DNA of 64,000 bases, from NCBI RefSeq assembly GCF_006345805.1, contig NC_043023.1, positions 2,666,001-2,730,000 of the forward strand, in the 5' to 3' direction. Below are positions 49,361 to 62,784 of this stretch, piece after piece (within the stretch, counting starts at the first letter, position 1; each line of letters starts with the position of its first letter). The notes beneath the pieces were generated by a model that was given only the letters and a program-made list of their open reading frames with translations, ran no database searches and was not told where the DNA came from. The position numbers and the translations under genes were made by a program. Origin of the DNA: Octopus sinensis. Lineage: Eukaryota.

Positions 49361-50449
49361 GCAACAACATCAATACCACCACCACCACTACTTCCAACAC
49401 CACTCAGCAAAACCATCACAACCACCACCACAACAATCACCAATACCACCACCACCAGCCTGACAGCACCACCAATACCATCACTGCCACCGACACCACC
49501 ACCAATATCACTACTGATAACACCACTACACCACTTCCACCAACACCATCACCACTACCTTCGTTACCACTACTACTGCCACCACCATCACCACTACCAA
49601 CATGATCATCACTACTATCACTAGCGACACTACCAACACAACCACCACCACCAACCACTATCACCACTTCCTCCACCACCATCACCAAAAAACATCATGC
49701 CCACCACCACTGCCACAATTGCCACTCACCATCACCACCACCACCACCAACATCTCCACCATCACCACCACCATGGCCGTCACCAGAATATTTAAAACAA
49801 CCTTTTAATGGGATCAAGTGTTATTACATTTAGGAAGGGTACCAAACAGTGGAGGGGTGGTCATGGGGAGAAAGATGCAGCAGGAGTGGTAGCAACTGGT
49901 ATGTGTGTGGGTGGGAAGGATGTTGGTGGAGATGAACCCTTATTCCCCCCTTCCAGAAACTCTAACCATCATCACCATCAGCAGCAGCACCATCAGGATG
50001 ATGACCACCACCACCACCACCACCACCAACACATCCCCACCACCATCAGTATCATTATCATCAGCAACATTACCACCATTATCATCACTACCATCACCAC
50101 CACCATCACCATTACCACCACCACCACCATCATTACCACCATTACCACCACCACCACCATCAACATCACTACCACCACCATCACCACCATCAACATCACC
50201 GTTAGTGACCACCATCATCACCAACACTACCACCACCACCACCATCAGTGACCACCATTCCCTTCTCTCTTTGAATTAACAAGCCTTCTCTCTATCTGTT
50301 TTTGGAAGCTGTCTGTCTCTCTCCCCCTCTCCTCCCTCTCTCTCAAAGCTATCTGTCTGTCACTTTTTAATCTCTCTCTCTCTCTCACATACAATCTTAC
50401 ATACATACACATGTACTTTCTTACACTCACGCATACACATTTTTCTCCC

Positions 50450-51131
50450 ACTGTCTCACACACACACACACCACACACACACTCCCACTCTCTCATTCTC
50501 TTTTAAAGCTGACTCTCTCTTTCTATCTCTCTCTCTCTCTCTCTCTCTATAAATATTCTCTCTGTCTCATTCTGCTTCTCTCTTAACTATGTCTCTTATA
50601 CACATATATACACACGCATATACATATATATATACATACATATATATATATCTACACACACACACACACGCAACAATACTTCAACTCTCTCTCTTTTTCT
50701 CTCCTTCTCTCTCTTTCTTACACATACATATATACACGTATACAAAATATTACCTTAATACACTCAGACACACGCACTCTCTCTTTCTCTTGCACCACAC
50801 AACACACACACACACACACACACACACACCACACACACACACACACACTAACTTTCTCACACACCGGTACATCATTTTCTATCCTTCTCCCAGGGACTCC
50901 TTCCAAATTTCCAGACCCCTAAACACACACACATAAATACCCTAATATATACACACCAGTTGTTTCAACAACCCCTGTTCTCCTTCTACTTTTTAACCCC
51001 TCCAAACTTATGCACACACACACACACTCATACACACAAATGCACTCTCATACACATACACTTATATATATGCGCTCATTAATTCCTAAATTCACATACA
51101 CATGCAAATATTTCCTTAATTCATATACACA

Positions 51132-51171
<40 letters not shown>

Positions 51172-52190
51172 TACACACATTATTTTCTTAATCCACGCAC
51201 AGACACACTCATTAATTCTTTAATTCACACACACACACACACACACATATTAATTTGTTAATTCACACACACACACATTAAATTTTTAATTCACACATAC
51301 ACAAACACACAGTTAGTGTGAACATCTTCAACTCTTTCTCTACACACTCTCATCAAACTTACACATACACACACACACATACACACACACACGCATGCAT
51401 GCATACACACACTCAGACACAGACTCTCTCACTTGTTACTAAAATGACACACACACATGAAATCCGTAATTCACACCAAAATACACACATAATGATTTTT
51501 TAATTCATACACACACACACACACTCACACACATTAATTCCTTAGTCTACACACACACACACACACACACTCACACACATGAAATCCTTAATTCACACCA
51601 AAATACACACGTAATGATTTTTTAATTCATACACACACACCACACACACTCACACACAATAATTCCTTAGTCTACACACACACACACACTCACACACACT
51701 CATATTAATTCCTTAGTTTACACACACAGATACACACATGAAATCTTTAATTCACACACACTCACACACATTAATCCTTCGATTCACACACACATTAAAT
51801 CCTAAATTCACACACACATACACACACACACGAAATTCTTAATTCACACCAAAATACACGCGTAATGATATTTTAATTCATACACACACTCACACACATT
51901 AATCCTTCAATTCACACACACACATTAAATCCTAAATTCACACACACATACACACACACACACACAGCCACATACACACATTAAATCCTAAATTCACACA
52001 CACATACACACAAACACACACACACACAACATTACATCCTTAATTCACACATACAGATAAACACACACACACACACAGCGATAACATTCTCCACTCTTTC
52101 AACACATACTTCCTTCCAACTTTTACACACACACGCGCACACGCACATATTCCTAAACTCATACACACACACACACACACAGGTGTACAT
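50450..52190. repeat. (CA)n-based compound minisatellite with ttaattc linkers
   Basis: Direct inspection. Confidence 0.88.
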
Positions 52191-52539
52191 ACACACCTGC
52201 ATCAATTCCTTTAAATCACATCTCCCCACCCCCATCACAGTCGGAACACCTCCCCCATTCTCCTCTTCGCCCTCCCAACCCACCCCTTCCACCGCCGATG
52301 GTTGAATGCGCCAGAACGCAAAAAGTAGGCTTTAATAGCCCTAATTAAAAGGAATTCATAAGGTTTTATATGACAACAAACACTCGCGAAATTGCCGCTG
52401 GTGGGGCGAGGGTGAGTTGGTGGGAGAAAGGATTTGCTAGAGAGCAAGAGAGAGAGAAAGAGAGAGAGGTGGGGAAAGCCAGAGAATGGAGAAGAGGGTT
52501 GGAAGGGCTGGCAGTTAATGTATGAGAATTAAAATAGAA

Positions 52540-53792
52540 TAACAATAACAACAACGACAACAATAATAATAATAATAATGATAATAGTAAAAATAATGAT
52601 GATGAAAATATTAATAAAAATAATTATTGAGAATAGTAATGATAATAATAATAATGATAATAATGATAATGATAATAGTGATAATAATAATAATAATATT
52701 AATAATAATAATGATATTAATAATAATGATATTAATAATAATGATAATAAATAATAATAATAATGATATAATAATAATAATAATGATATAATAATAATAA
52801 TAATATGATATTAATAATAATAATGATATTAATAATAATAATATGATATAATAATAATAATAATAATAACGATAATAATAATAGTAATAACAACAAGAAC
52901 AACAATAATGATAATAATAATAATAATATTAATAATAATAATGATATTAATAATAATGATTTATAATAATGATAATAATAATAATATAATGATATAATAA
53001 TAATAATAATATATAATAATAATAATAATGATATTAAAATAATAATAATGATATTAATAATAATAATAATAATGATATAATAATAATAATATAATAACGA
53101 TAATAATAATAATAATAACAACAAGAACAACAATAATGATAATAATAATAATAATATTAATAATAATAATGATATTAATAATAATGATATTAATAATAAT
53201 GATAATAATAATAATAATAATGATATAATAATAATAATAATGATATAATAATAATAATAATAATGATATTAATAATAATAATAATGATATTAATAATAAT
53301 AATAATAATGATATAATAATAATAATAATAATAACGATAATAATAATAATAATAACAACAAGAACAACAATAATAATAATAATAATGATAATAATAATAA
53401 TAATAATAATGAGAATTACAGTTGAAACAATGGTTATAACAACAACAGCAGTTGCAGTAACAAGTGTAACAACAACAACAACATCAGTAACAAAGACCAT
53501 AGCAGCAATAGTGGCGGCAACAGCAGCAGCAGAATTAAAGAAAAGGAACAGTTATGTCAGCACCAACAACATCAACAACAATAATAATAATAATAATAAT
53601 AATGATAATTGTATGACTAATATTAGTGAGAGTACCAACAACAAACAACAACAAAAATTATAATAATAATAATAATGATAATTGTATGACTAATATTAAG
53701 TGGGAGTACCAACAACAACAACAACAACAATAAGAACAATAATAATAATAGTAATAATAATAATAATAATAATGATAATAATAATAGTAATA

Positions 53793-53831
<39 letters not shown>

Positions 53832-53942
53832 TAATTGTATGACTAATATTAGTGAGAGTACCAACAACAACAACAACAACAATAATAATAATAATAATAA
53901 TAGTAATAATAATAATAATAATAATGAATAATAATAGTAATA

Positions 53943-53987
<45 letters not shown>

Positions 53988-54170
53988 TAATTGTATGACT
54001 AATATTAGTGAGAGTACCAACAACAACAACAACAACAATAAGAACAATAATAATAATAGTAATAATAATAATAATAATAATGATAATAGTAAAAATAATA
54101 ATATAATAATAATAATAATAAAAATAATAATAATAACAGCAACAAAATCAATAATGATAGTAATGACAAT
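52540..54170. repeat. (AAT)n/(AAC)n compound tract with internal duplications
   Basis: Direct inspection. Confidence 0.92.
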
Positions 54171-54192
54171 TGTAACAACAACACCGGTAACA

Positions 54193-54600
54193 GGTGCAGG
54201 CCTGGGTGTGTAGTAAGATGCTTGCTTTCCAAACGTGTGGTTCTAGGTTCAGTCCCACTGTATGACACTTAGGGTAAGCATCTTCTTTTATTGCCTTGGG
54301 CTGACCAAAGCCTTGTGAGTGGATTTGGTAGACGGAAACTGAAAGAAGCCCATTTGTGTATGTGTGCGTGTGTGTACATATGTATTTATGCACACACATT
54401 TTTGTGCATTTGTATATGGTTTGTGTCTGTTTGTCTTCCATCCCTGATTGACAACTAGTATTGGTTTGTTTACATCCCTGTAACTTAGCAGTTCAGCAAA
54501 AGAGAATGATGGAATTAGCACCACTAATTTAATTAGGAAACCCTTCAAGGTGATGCTCCAGCATGACCCCAGCCTGCTGATTGAAATAATTAAAACATAG
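54193..54600 (+). mobile_element. Diverged CORE-type SINE
   Basis: Family match with many substitutions. Confidence 0.8.
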
Positions 54601-54689
54601 AAGATAACTAATGAGTAATAAAATTTGTAGCAACACTGACAATGACAACGACCATTAATAGTTAGCAACAATACGACCAACAACATCAA

Positions 54690-55620
54690 CAATAACTATT
54701 ATTATGAACAACTGTGTTAGCAACAACTGTAGCACTAGCCAGCCACTTGTGTGTGTGAGCCAGTTTGGAGGGGTAGGAGGAGGTAGAAAGAAAGAGAGAT
54801 ATTGAAACTCAGGGTGTGCAATAGCAACACCTTCAGCATTAGCAACACCTTCAGCATTAGCTAACCACAGCAGCAATAGCAACAGCCTCAGTATTAGTGA
54901 CATCTTCAGCATTTGATGACGGCAATAGCAACAGCCTCAGCATTAACAAACAGCAACAGGAGTAATAGGGATGATCTTGGCATTAGCAACATCTTTACCA
55001 TTAGCAGCAATCACTGCAGCAGCAATGGCAACAACCTCAACTTTAGCAACATCTTCAGCATTAGCTAACCTCGGCTGCAATAGCAACAATCTCAACATTA
55101 GCATAGAACAACAGCAATAGCAACAAACTCGGCACTAGTACACAACAGCAGCAATAGCAATGACCTCAGCTTTAGCAACGTCTTCAGCATTAGCTAACCT
55201 TGACTGCAATAGCAACAACCTCAGTATTAGCGACATCTTCAGCATTAGCAGATGATGGAAATAGCAACAGCCTCAGCATTAACAAACAGCAACAGGAGTA
55301 ATAGCGATGATCTTGACATTAGCAACATCTTCAGCATTAGCAGCAATCTCAACAGCAGCAATAGCAACGACCTCAACTTTACCAACATCTTCAGCATTAG
55401 CTAAGCTTGGCTGCAATAGCAACAATCACAACATTAGCAAACAACAACAGCAGCAATAGTAACAACCTCAGCATTAACAACGTCTTCAACAGCGGCGACG
55501 TCTTCAGCATTAGCAAGTCACATCATCATTAGCAACAGCTTCAGCAACAATATCAACAATTATAACCAATGCAACATCAGTGAGCAACAGCAATATGACT
55601 CAGTGAGTGTTGCTAATTTT
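54690..55620. repeat. AGC/AAC-rich minisatellite with a 336-bp higher-order duplication
   Basis: cctcagcattaacaaacagcaacaggag at 54935 and 55271. Confidence 0.85.
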
Positions 55621-55688
55621 ATCAATTTCATTATTGCAATTATTGTAGAGGATTAATGCAGTCAACATATTCATCATCATCATCATCA

Positions 55689-56438
55689 TTACCTCTGCCT
55701 TAGCAAAGGCAGAGATATTGTTTTCAGTCATGTTTCTTTCTTTGTCAATGGATAGGATATCTCAAGAACTGCTGGAGGGATTCAGATGAAACTTGCAGGT
55801 ACATTTGGCCTCATGACTGGCACAAACTGTTTAGATTTTGGGATCAATCTGGTACCAGACAAGGATTCTGGTTACTTTTTTTGCTTTTTTTACTTAATTT
55901 TTAAGAGTAGTTAGGTTCATTCTTAGTATTCTCGTTTGTGAGAGCAGTCAAGTTTATTTCAGATATTCTCATTTTAAAAATCATCTCTGGCTAATCATTG
56001 AGAGGACACTGGTGTTGCCATGGTGGAAGTTTGCATTCTCCATGTGCTCTTGTTATATATCATTATCATTATTATTATTACCTCCATTTAGTGAAGGTGG
56101 AGGTATTGTTTTTTAGTTGTGTTTGTTCATTTGTCCATGGACAAGATATCTCAAGAACCGATGGATGGATTCAGATAAAACTTTCAGGGACGTTTGGCCT
56201 TGTTACTGGCATGAACTGATTAGATTTTGGGATTGATCCAATACGGAAAAAGGATTTTGGATTATTTTTCCTGTTTTTTTACTTAATCTTTGAGAGCAAT
56301 CAGGTTCATTTTTAGTATTCTCATTTGTGAAATCAGTTGAGTTTATTTCAGATAATTTCATCTAAAAATCAACTCCAGCTAATCATTGAGAGGATGTTGA
56401 TGTTGTCTTGGCAGAGGTTTGTGCTGAGGGCTCTTGTT
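55689..56438 (+). mobile_element. Two tandem Helentron-associated (HINE/DINE-1-like) elements, 55689-56054 and 56078-56438
   Basis: 5' ttacctcYRcc plus short palindrome; 3' ggYRgaRgt inverted match followed by a small stem-loop; bodies homologous. Confidence 0.65.
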
Positions 56439-56520
56439 ATATATTATTATTATCATTATCATTATTATTATTATCATTATTATTATTATTATTATTATGA
56501 TTATTATTATCATCATAATC

Positions 56521-56732
56521 CTTTCTACTGAAGGCAATACACCTTCAAATTTTGAGGGGAGGGGACTAGTCAATTACATCGACTTCAGTGTCTCACTGGT
56601 ACTCAATTTATCGACCCCAAAAGGATGAAAGGCAAAGTCGGCCTCAGCAGAATTTGAACTCAGAATGTAACGACAGGCGACATACCACTTCGCACTTCAG
56701 CCATGTTAACGATTCTGCCAGCTCACTACCTT
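56521..56732 (-). mobile_element. Second SINE family copy
   Basis: Reverse complement of 13736-13963. Confidence 0.78.
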
Positions 56733-56756
56733 AATAATAATAATGTTGATACTATA

Positions 56757-57165
56757 GGCATAAGAGTGGCTGTGTGGTAAGTAGCTTGCTTACCAACTGC
56801 ATGGTTCCAGGTTCAGTCCCACTGCGTGGCACCTTGGGCAAGTTTCTTCTACTATTGCCTTGGGCCAATCAAAACCTTCGAAGTGGATTTGGTAGACGGA
56901 AACTGAAAGAAGCCCATATATATATATATGTATGTATGTGTGTGTATATGTTTGTGTGTCTGTGTTTGTTCCCCCAACATCGCTTGACAACTGATGGTGG
57001 TGTGTTTACCTCCCCGTCACTTAGCAGTTCAGCAAAAGAGACCAATAGAATAAATACTACACTTACAAAGAATAAGTCCTGGGGTTGATTTGCTCGACTA
57101 AAGGTGGTGCTCCAGCATGGCCGCAGTCAAATGACCGAAACAAGTAAAAGAATAAAAGAATAAAG
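56757..57165 (+). mobile_element. CORE-type SINE, full length
   Basis: Family match. Confidence 0.92.
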
Positions 57166-57291
57166 ACTACCACTAATAATAATGATAATAACGTTGATGA
57201 TAATAATAATGATAATAACATTGATGATAATAATAATGATAATAATAACGTTAGTAATAATAATAATAATAATAATAATAATGTTTATTAT

Positions 57292-57346
57292 GGCGGTGCC
57301 CCAGCATGGCCTCAGCTTGTGAGCTGAAACTAGATAAAATAAAAAA
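57292..57346 (+). mobile_element. CR1-type LINE extreme 3' end
   Basis: ggcggtgccccagcatggcc...agataaaataaaa matches 59844-59880. Confidence 0.65.
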
Positions 57347-57882
57347 TTATAGTAATGATGATGGTTCTAGTAATCCTCTAAAGTGACTGCAATAATCTCG
57401 TCAACAAAATTAGCCATACTCTCTGAGTCATGTAGCTTGCAGATCTTTACACAAAATGGTAAACATCTTCCGTTTTATGAACACCCCCACTACAATACAA
57501 ACACACACTCACAAACACATGTTCTGTTCTCGTTATTGTTGACCTTCTTGAACTCTTTGACTCTCGTTTCACTAAGAACAGCCTTTTAGCAACGGCAGTC
57601 TTCCTCTAACTAACTCGTTAACAAACAATTCAGTAATTTTTCCAAGGCTGACGAGGAAACATCTACATCAATGCTTTTCGAAAAATGGGTTTTTCAGCCA
57701 CTTCAGGGTCCTTCGAAAAAAATTTTAGGATTCTACAAGAAAAGATAAGGTCGGGGTAGGAATGGGGGCAGGGGATTTTTTTTATAGAATTTGGTAAGAA
57801 AATACTTTTGGCGGTTTTTCACCGTAATGTTATGTAGAATGATTTGAAAGTTCTTTTAGCTTTTCATTCGTGAAATCTTTAT

Positions 57883-58300
57883 ACTCTTTTACTCTCTTTT
57901 ACTCTTTTACTTGTTTCAGTCATCTGACTGCAGCCATGCTGGAGCACCGCCTTTAGTCGAGCAACTCGACCCCAGGACTTATTCTTTGTAAGCCCAGTAC
58001 TTATTCTATCGGTCTCTTTTGCCGAACCGCTAAGTGACGGGGACATAAACACACCAGCATCAGTTGTCAAGCAATGCTAGGGAGACAAACACAGACACAC
58101 AAACATATACACACACACTTATATATATATATACATATATATGACAGGCTTTCAGTTTCCGTCTACCAAATCCACTCACAAGGCATTGGTCGGCCCGGGG
58201 CTATAGCAGAAGACACTTGCCCAAGATGCCACGCAGTGGGACTGAACCCGGAACAATGTGGTTGGTAAGCAAGCTACTTACCACACAGCCACTCCTGCGC
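57883..58300 (-). mobile_element. CORE-type SINE, full length
   Basis: Family match. Confidence 0.92.
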
Positions 58301-58489
58301 TGTTCTCATTTGTTATATAAATCTTTAATATTATCTTTGCTCTGTTTGGAATATATTTTTTCTATATCTTTTCTATATATATATATAAATATATATATAG
58401 TAGAGACCCTCTTCGGTCATGAACGACCATGGGATTGCACCTAGAAAGTTACTCTCCAGGCCAAAAGTCCAAGTAAAGTTGTTTACAGA

Positions 58490-59303
58490 AGGGTTGGCAA
58501 CGAGTACAGTGAAGAATTCCGGGTAGAGGTAGGGGTCCACCAAGGTTCAGTCCTCAGCCCCCTGGTATTTATCATAGTCCTCCAGGCGATAATAGAGGAA
58601 TTCAAGACGAGATGTCCCTGGGAGCTCCTCTATGCTGATGACCTTGCTCTAATTGTTGAGTCACTATCAGAACTAGAGAAGTTACAAGTGTGGAAACAAG
58701 GATTAGAATCGAAAGGCCTTAGAGTCAACCTAGCTAAAACCAAAGTCCTAATAAGTAGGAAGGCAGGCAAACCATAAATCCCTTCAGGTAGATGGTCCTG
58801 CTCGATCTGTAGAAAAGGCATAGGTAGAAACTCTATAAGACAGGGGTTTTCAACCAGAGTTCCGTGGAATCTTAGTGTTCCACCAGTATAGTCCAGGGGT
58901 TCCGCAAGAAGTTACAAAAATGCTAAAATCGACAGTAATTTTTAATTCTCCTGTGCAGATATGTGTGCATAAGACAAATTATTGCACAGGGGTTCCTCGA
59001 GCCAGTGGAATGTTTCCTTGGGGTTCCGCTCCAGCAAAAAGGTTGAAAAGCACTACTATAAGATGTACCTAGTGTAAGCTATGGACACATAAGAGGTGCA
59101 GCAATATCAAAGGAAGGCTAACTGGGAAGATAGTTTTTGTATGTGGCAAATGTTCAGGAGCTATAAATAACACTGAAAATGCGCAGAGAACAACTTCTGC
59201 CAGACAACTGGAATCTGGACAGCTCCCAGCTGGCCAGCTCCATGTCAAACCATCCAACCCATGCCAGCATGAAAAACAGGCGTTAGACAATGATGATGAT
59301 GAT
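58490..59303 (+). mobile_element. Decayed RTE LINE RT fragment, interrupted by a hAT MITE and deleted before its 3' UTR
   Basis: GVHQGSVLSPL, LLYADD (YADD at 58631-58642), GLRVNLAKTKVL, then C4HC3 motif; RTE 3' UTR and (GAT)n at about 59230-59303. Confidence 0.9.
58841..59055. mobile_element. hAT-superfamily MITE, 215 bp
   Basis: 8-bp TSD ctataaga (58833-58840 and 59056-59063); TIRs caggggttttcaacc / ggttgaaaagcacta; subterminal ggggttcc repeats. Confidence 0.92.
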
Positions 59304-59304
59304 G

Positions 59305-59900
59305 GAGTGGGGGTCACCATCCAGTGTCAAGTTAATCACAGAACTTGAGGCGATCCAACGAAGCTACATGAAGAAGATAGCCTCTATGCAGCATATAAGC
59401 AATTGGGAAAGACTCAAGAGATTGAGACTCTATTCCTTAGAGCATAGGCGAGAAAGATATGCCATAATATACATCTGGAAGATCCTGGAAGGACTTGTCC
59501 CAAACTTTGGCATTGAGAGTTACACAAATGCTAGAACTGGGCGCCACTGCATGGTGCCAAGGACTCCAAATTTGCCATCAAGATGTAGGACAAGATACTG
59601 TGATAGCTTGGGCTTCCGAGGCCCACAGCTCTTCAATATCCTCCCCAAGAACCTAAGAGACCTGCATGGGGTGGATGCAGATGTCTTTAAAATAAAACTG
59701 GATCTCTTCCTGTCAGGTGTCCCAGATGAACCAACTTCACGGCAGGAGGTGCAGATGAGGGCAGCTGCATTGAACTCTCTCATGCACCAAATGGCAATTG
59801 CTAAAAAGCATTCGTGAAGTAAAATCATGTAGCAACACCAAATGGCAGTGCCCCAGCATGGCCACAGATAAAATAAAAATAAAATAAAATAAATAAATAA
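59305..59900 (+). mobile_element. 5'-truncated CR1-clade LINE 3' end
   Basis: ORF 59290..59817 LEAIQR...WERLKRLRLYSLEHRRERY...GPQLFNILP...FKIKLDLFLSGVPDEP; A-rich tail. Confidence 0.88.
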
Positions 59901-60108
59901 AATACCTGTAGGAAGCGGCAGAGCGACAACATGACAATGTGGGAAGAAGCTTACGAGAGACAAACCTACAAGACAAATAAAAATGCTAAGTGGTCAAATG
60001 GTAAGAGCTTACCGAAATAGTCTGAGCAGCTTAAAATGTTCGTCCTTCGGGTTCGAAGATGACCAGTTTCATTTTTATGACGTCATGATGTCGTGACATG
60101 CGCGTGAC

Positions 60109-60460
60109 TTGGATTATAGTGAGGGTGACTTGTGCAGGATCAGCCTCACTCTCTCGTCCTGGTGCACCGGATCCAGTGGCAAGACAAAGTCAAGACGACT
60201 GGGGGTAGAACAGGATGCAGGAGCTGCCGGAAGGTGGCACGCATGGCGCAATCCAACTGCCTTAGGGGCTCCACTCCGGATTTTGGATGGCCATTGACTC
60301 ATGAGAGAGTTCCTCTGCCCTTTGACAGGTTTTGTTTTTAGTCCTGCTGGGTGTCCAAATCACCCTCCTCACCAAGAAATCTTGGTGGGGTTGCCAGTTT
60401 AGTCGCCAACGACCCGACCATGTAACAGGTTGTACTGGGTTACATGTTACCAGTAGCTCC
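60109..60460 (-). mobile_element. Probable RTE 5' UTR fragment
   Basis: Shares gagtggagcccc and ggcagctcctgca motifs with 16440-16520. Confidence 0.5.
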
Positions 60461-60764
60461 AAACCATTAAAACCACATCATTATCTTTGATGGTTAACCA
60501 TAAATGGAAGATGTTGCAAGGTAGGAAGATGATGAAGAAATAGAAAAAGTAAAATGGGAAATGGAAAGAAAAGGAAAGCTGCAAGAATATGAAGAAAAAG
60601 TAACTGTAAAGATTTGGAGGCGAATTTGGTTAAGGGGCAGGAGGGGGAGGAGGTAGAAACGGGGAGAGGTGGGGGTGGCGTGATTTCCTATTTACATGAA
60701 ATTAAATATGCTGAACTTTGGACCAAGCTAGAAACAGTTTGGTTATGAAATAAACTGGAAGAGG

Positions 60765-61420
60765 GTGGTGGTGGTGGTGGTAGTGGTGCTGTTAGTGGTA
60801 GTTGTTGTTGTGATGGTGATAGTTGTGGAGATGACAGTGATGGTTTTAGTGGTGGTGGTGGTGGTTATGGTAGTGGTGCTGTTGGTGGTGGTTGTTGTGG
60901 TGGTGGTGGTGCTGCTGCTGTCGGTGCTGCTGCTGTCGGTGGTAGTTGTTGCTGTGGTGGTTGTGATGGTGGTAGTTCTGGTGATAGCAGTGATGGTTGT
61001 AGTGGTGGTGGTGGTGGTGGTGGGGGGTTATGGTATTGGTGCTGTTGGTGGTGGTAATGGGGATTGTGATGGTGGTAGTTGTGGTGGTGCTAGTTGTGGT
61101 GATGGTAGTGGTCAGTGTGGTGGTGGTGGTGGTGGTGGTGATGGTTGTAGTTGTAGTGGTGGTGGTGGTTATGGTAGTGGTGCTGTTGATGGTAGTTGTT
61201 TGTTGTGGTGGTTGTGATGGTGGTGATGGTTGTAGTGGTGGTGGTGGTTATGGTAGTGGTGCTGCTAGTGGTAGTTGTAGTGGTGGTGGTGGTAGTTGTG
61301 TTGATGGCAGGGGTGGTGGTCAGTGTGACAGTTGTGGCTGTGGTGGCGGTGGTAGTGGTTATGGTCATAGTTGTGGTGGCAGTTGAGATGGTAGTATTAG
61401 TGTTAGTAGTGGTGGTGGTG
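60765..61420. repeat. (GGT)n-rich tract
   Basis: Direct inspection. Confidence 0.95.
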
Positions 61421-61769
61421 TTGTTGATAGTTCTGGAAAATGGCTGGAGGGGTTCAGAAGTGTGCGGAAAAAAGTCTGAGCCGGCCCAGAAGCAGCAGCA
61501 ATGAAAACAGCACCAATGGTGATGGTGGCTTTGGAATTTCTGTTTAATCTCTTTTATACCATTTTGGTGGAACTGTTCTGGAATTTTCTCTGTTTGTCTC
61601 CGTTTCTGCTGGTTTTTCCTCTTTTATATTAAATTTGGTGTGGCTTCATTCAATTGATTCCGTGTGTCTGTGTGTGTGTGTATGTGTGTATATATATGTA
61701 CGTGTGTGTATGTGTGTCAGTAGCTGTGTGTGTGTGTCTGTGTGCATAGCAGCCACTATGTAGGAGTGT

Positions 61770-62004
61770 ATATATATATATATATATATTATACATGGTC
61801 ATGTGTAGGTATGAGTATATAGTATATTATATATATATATAATATTATATACATCATATATATATATACATCATATATATATATATAATATATATACATC
61901 ATATATATATATTATATATATATATATACATCATATATATATATATATATATATACATCATATATATAATATATATTATATATATATATATACATCTATA
62001 TATA

Positions 62005-62060
<56 letters not shown>

Positions 62061-62690
62061 GTATGTATTAGTGTATGTATATACCTATATGTAAGTGTGT
62101 GTGTGTGTGCATATCAGCCACTATGTATGAGTGTATATATATATATATATATCTACATGTGTAGGTATGAGTATATATATATATATATGTATGTATGTAT
62201 GTATTAGTGTATATATATACCTATATGTAAGTGTGTTTGTGTAAAGGACGAACATGTGCACACACAAGCACATAGAATTATCACATATACAATATATGCA
62301 CACCTGTGTGGTGTGTACGTGTGCAGGTGTGTGTATACATTTTTATACATGCATGTATATATTATATATGTATATGTGTGTTATATCTATATATACATAC
62401 ATATATATATATAATATATATTATATATATATATATATATATACATGCACACACTACATACATGTATATATATATAATATATACATGCACACACATACAT
62501 ACATGTACAATTATGAATATACACATATACGTACATGTGCATGCACACATGCAGAAATACATACATATATTCATATATACACATATACATACACACACAT
62601 TATTGAGACCTAAATGTCAACATCGTATTAACATATACAAAATTGGTACAATTTGATTTGCATACATGAGTATGTATAAGTGTGTATAAA

Positions 62691-62725
<35 letters not shown>

Positions 62726-62765
62726 ATATATATATATTATATATATATATATATAATATATATTA
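61770..62765. repeat. (TA)n/(CATA)n compound microsatellite
   Basis: Direct inspection. Confidence 0.92.
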
Positions 62766-62784
62766 TAATATATGCATCTGTAAA

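Noticed and set aside
57628-57700. CTGACGA G...C GAAA with a good stem II
   Set aside because: Stem I is at most two weak pairs, and ggctga pairs better with downstream tcagcc, sequestering the core.
60075-60105. TTTTATGACGTCA (CRE plus Hox/Cdx-like site) in a CpG-rich patch
   Set aside because: A single short motif next to TE fragments; cannot be told from chance or TE sequence.
60394-60446. HDV-like nested pseudoknot at a probable RTE 5' end (minus strand)
   Set aside because: P1, P2 and P4 can be drawn, but L3 would be 3 nt and there is no G1-U wobble or P1.1; needs a consensus-based search.
61440-61547. Short ORF MAGGVQKCAEKSLSRPRSSSNENSTNG...
   Set aside because: 35 codons, no homology recognised, abuts a GGT microsatellite.
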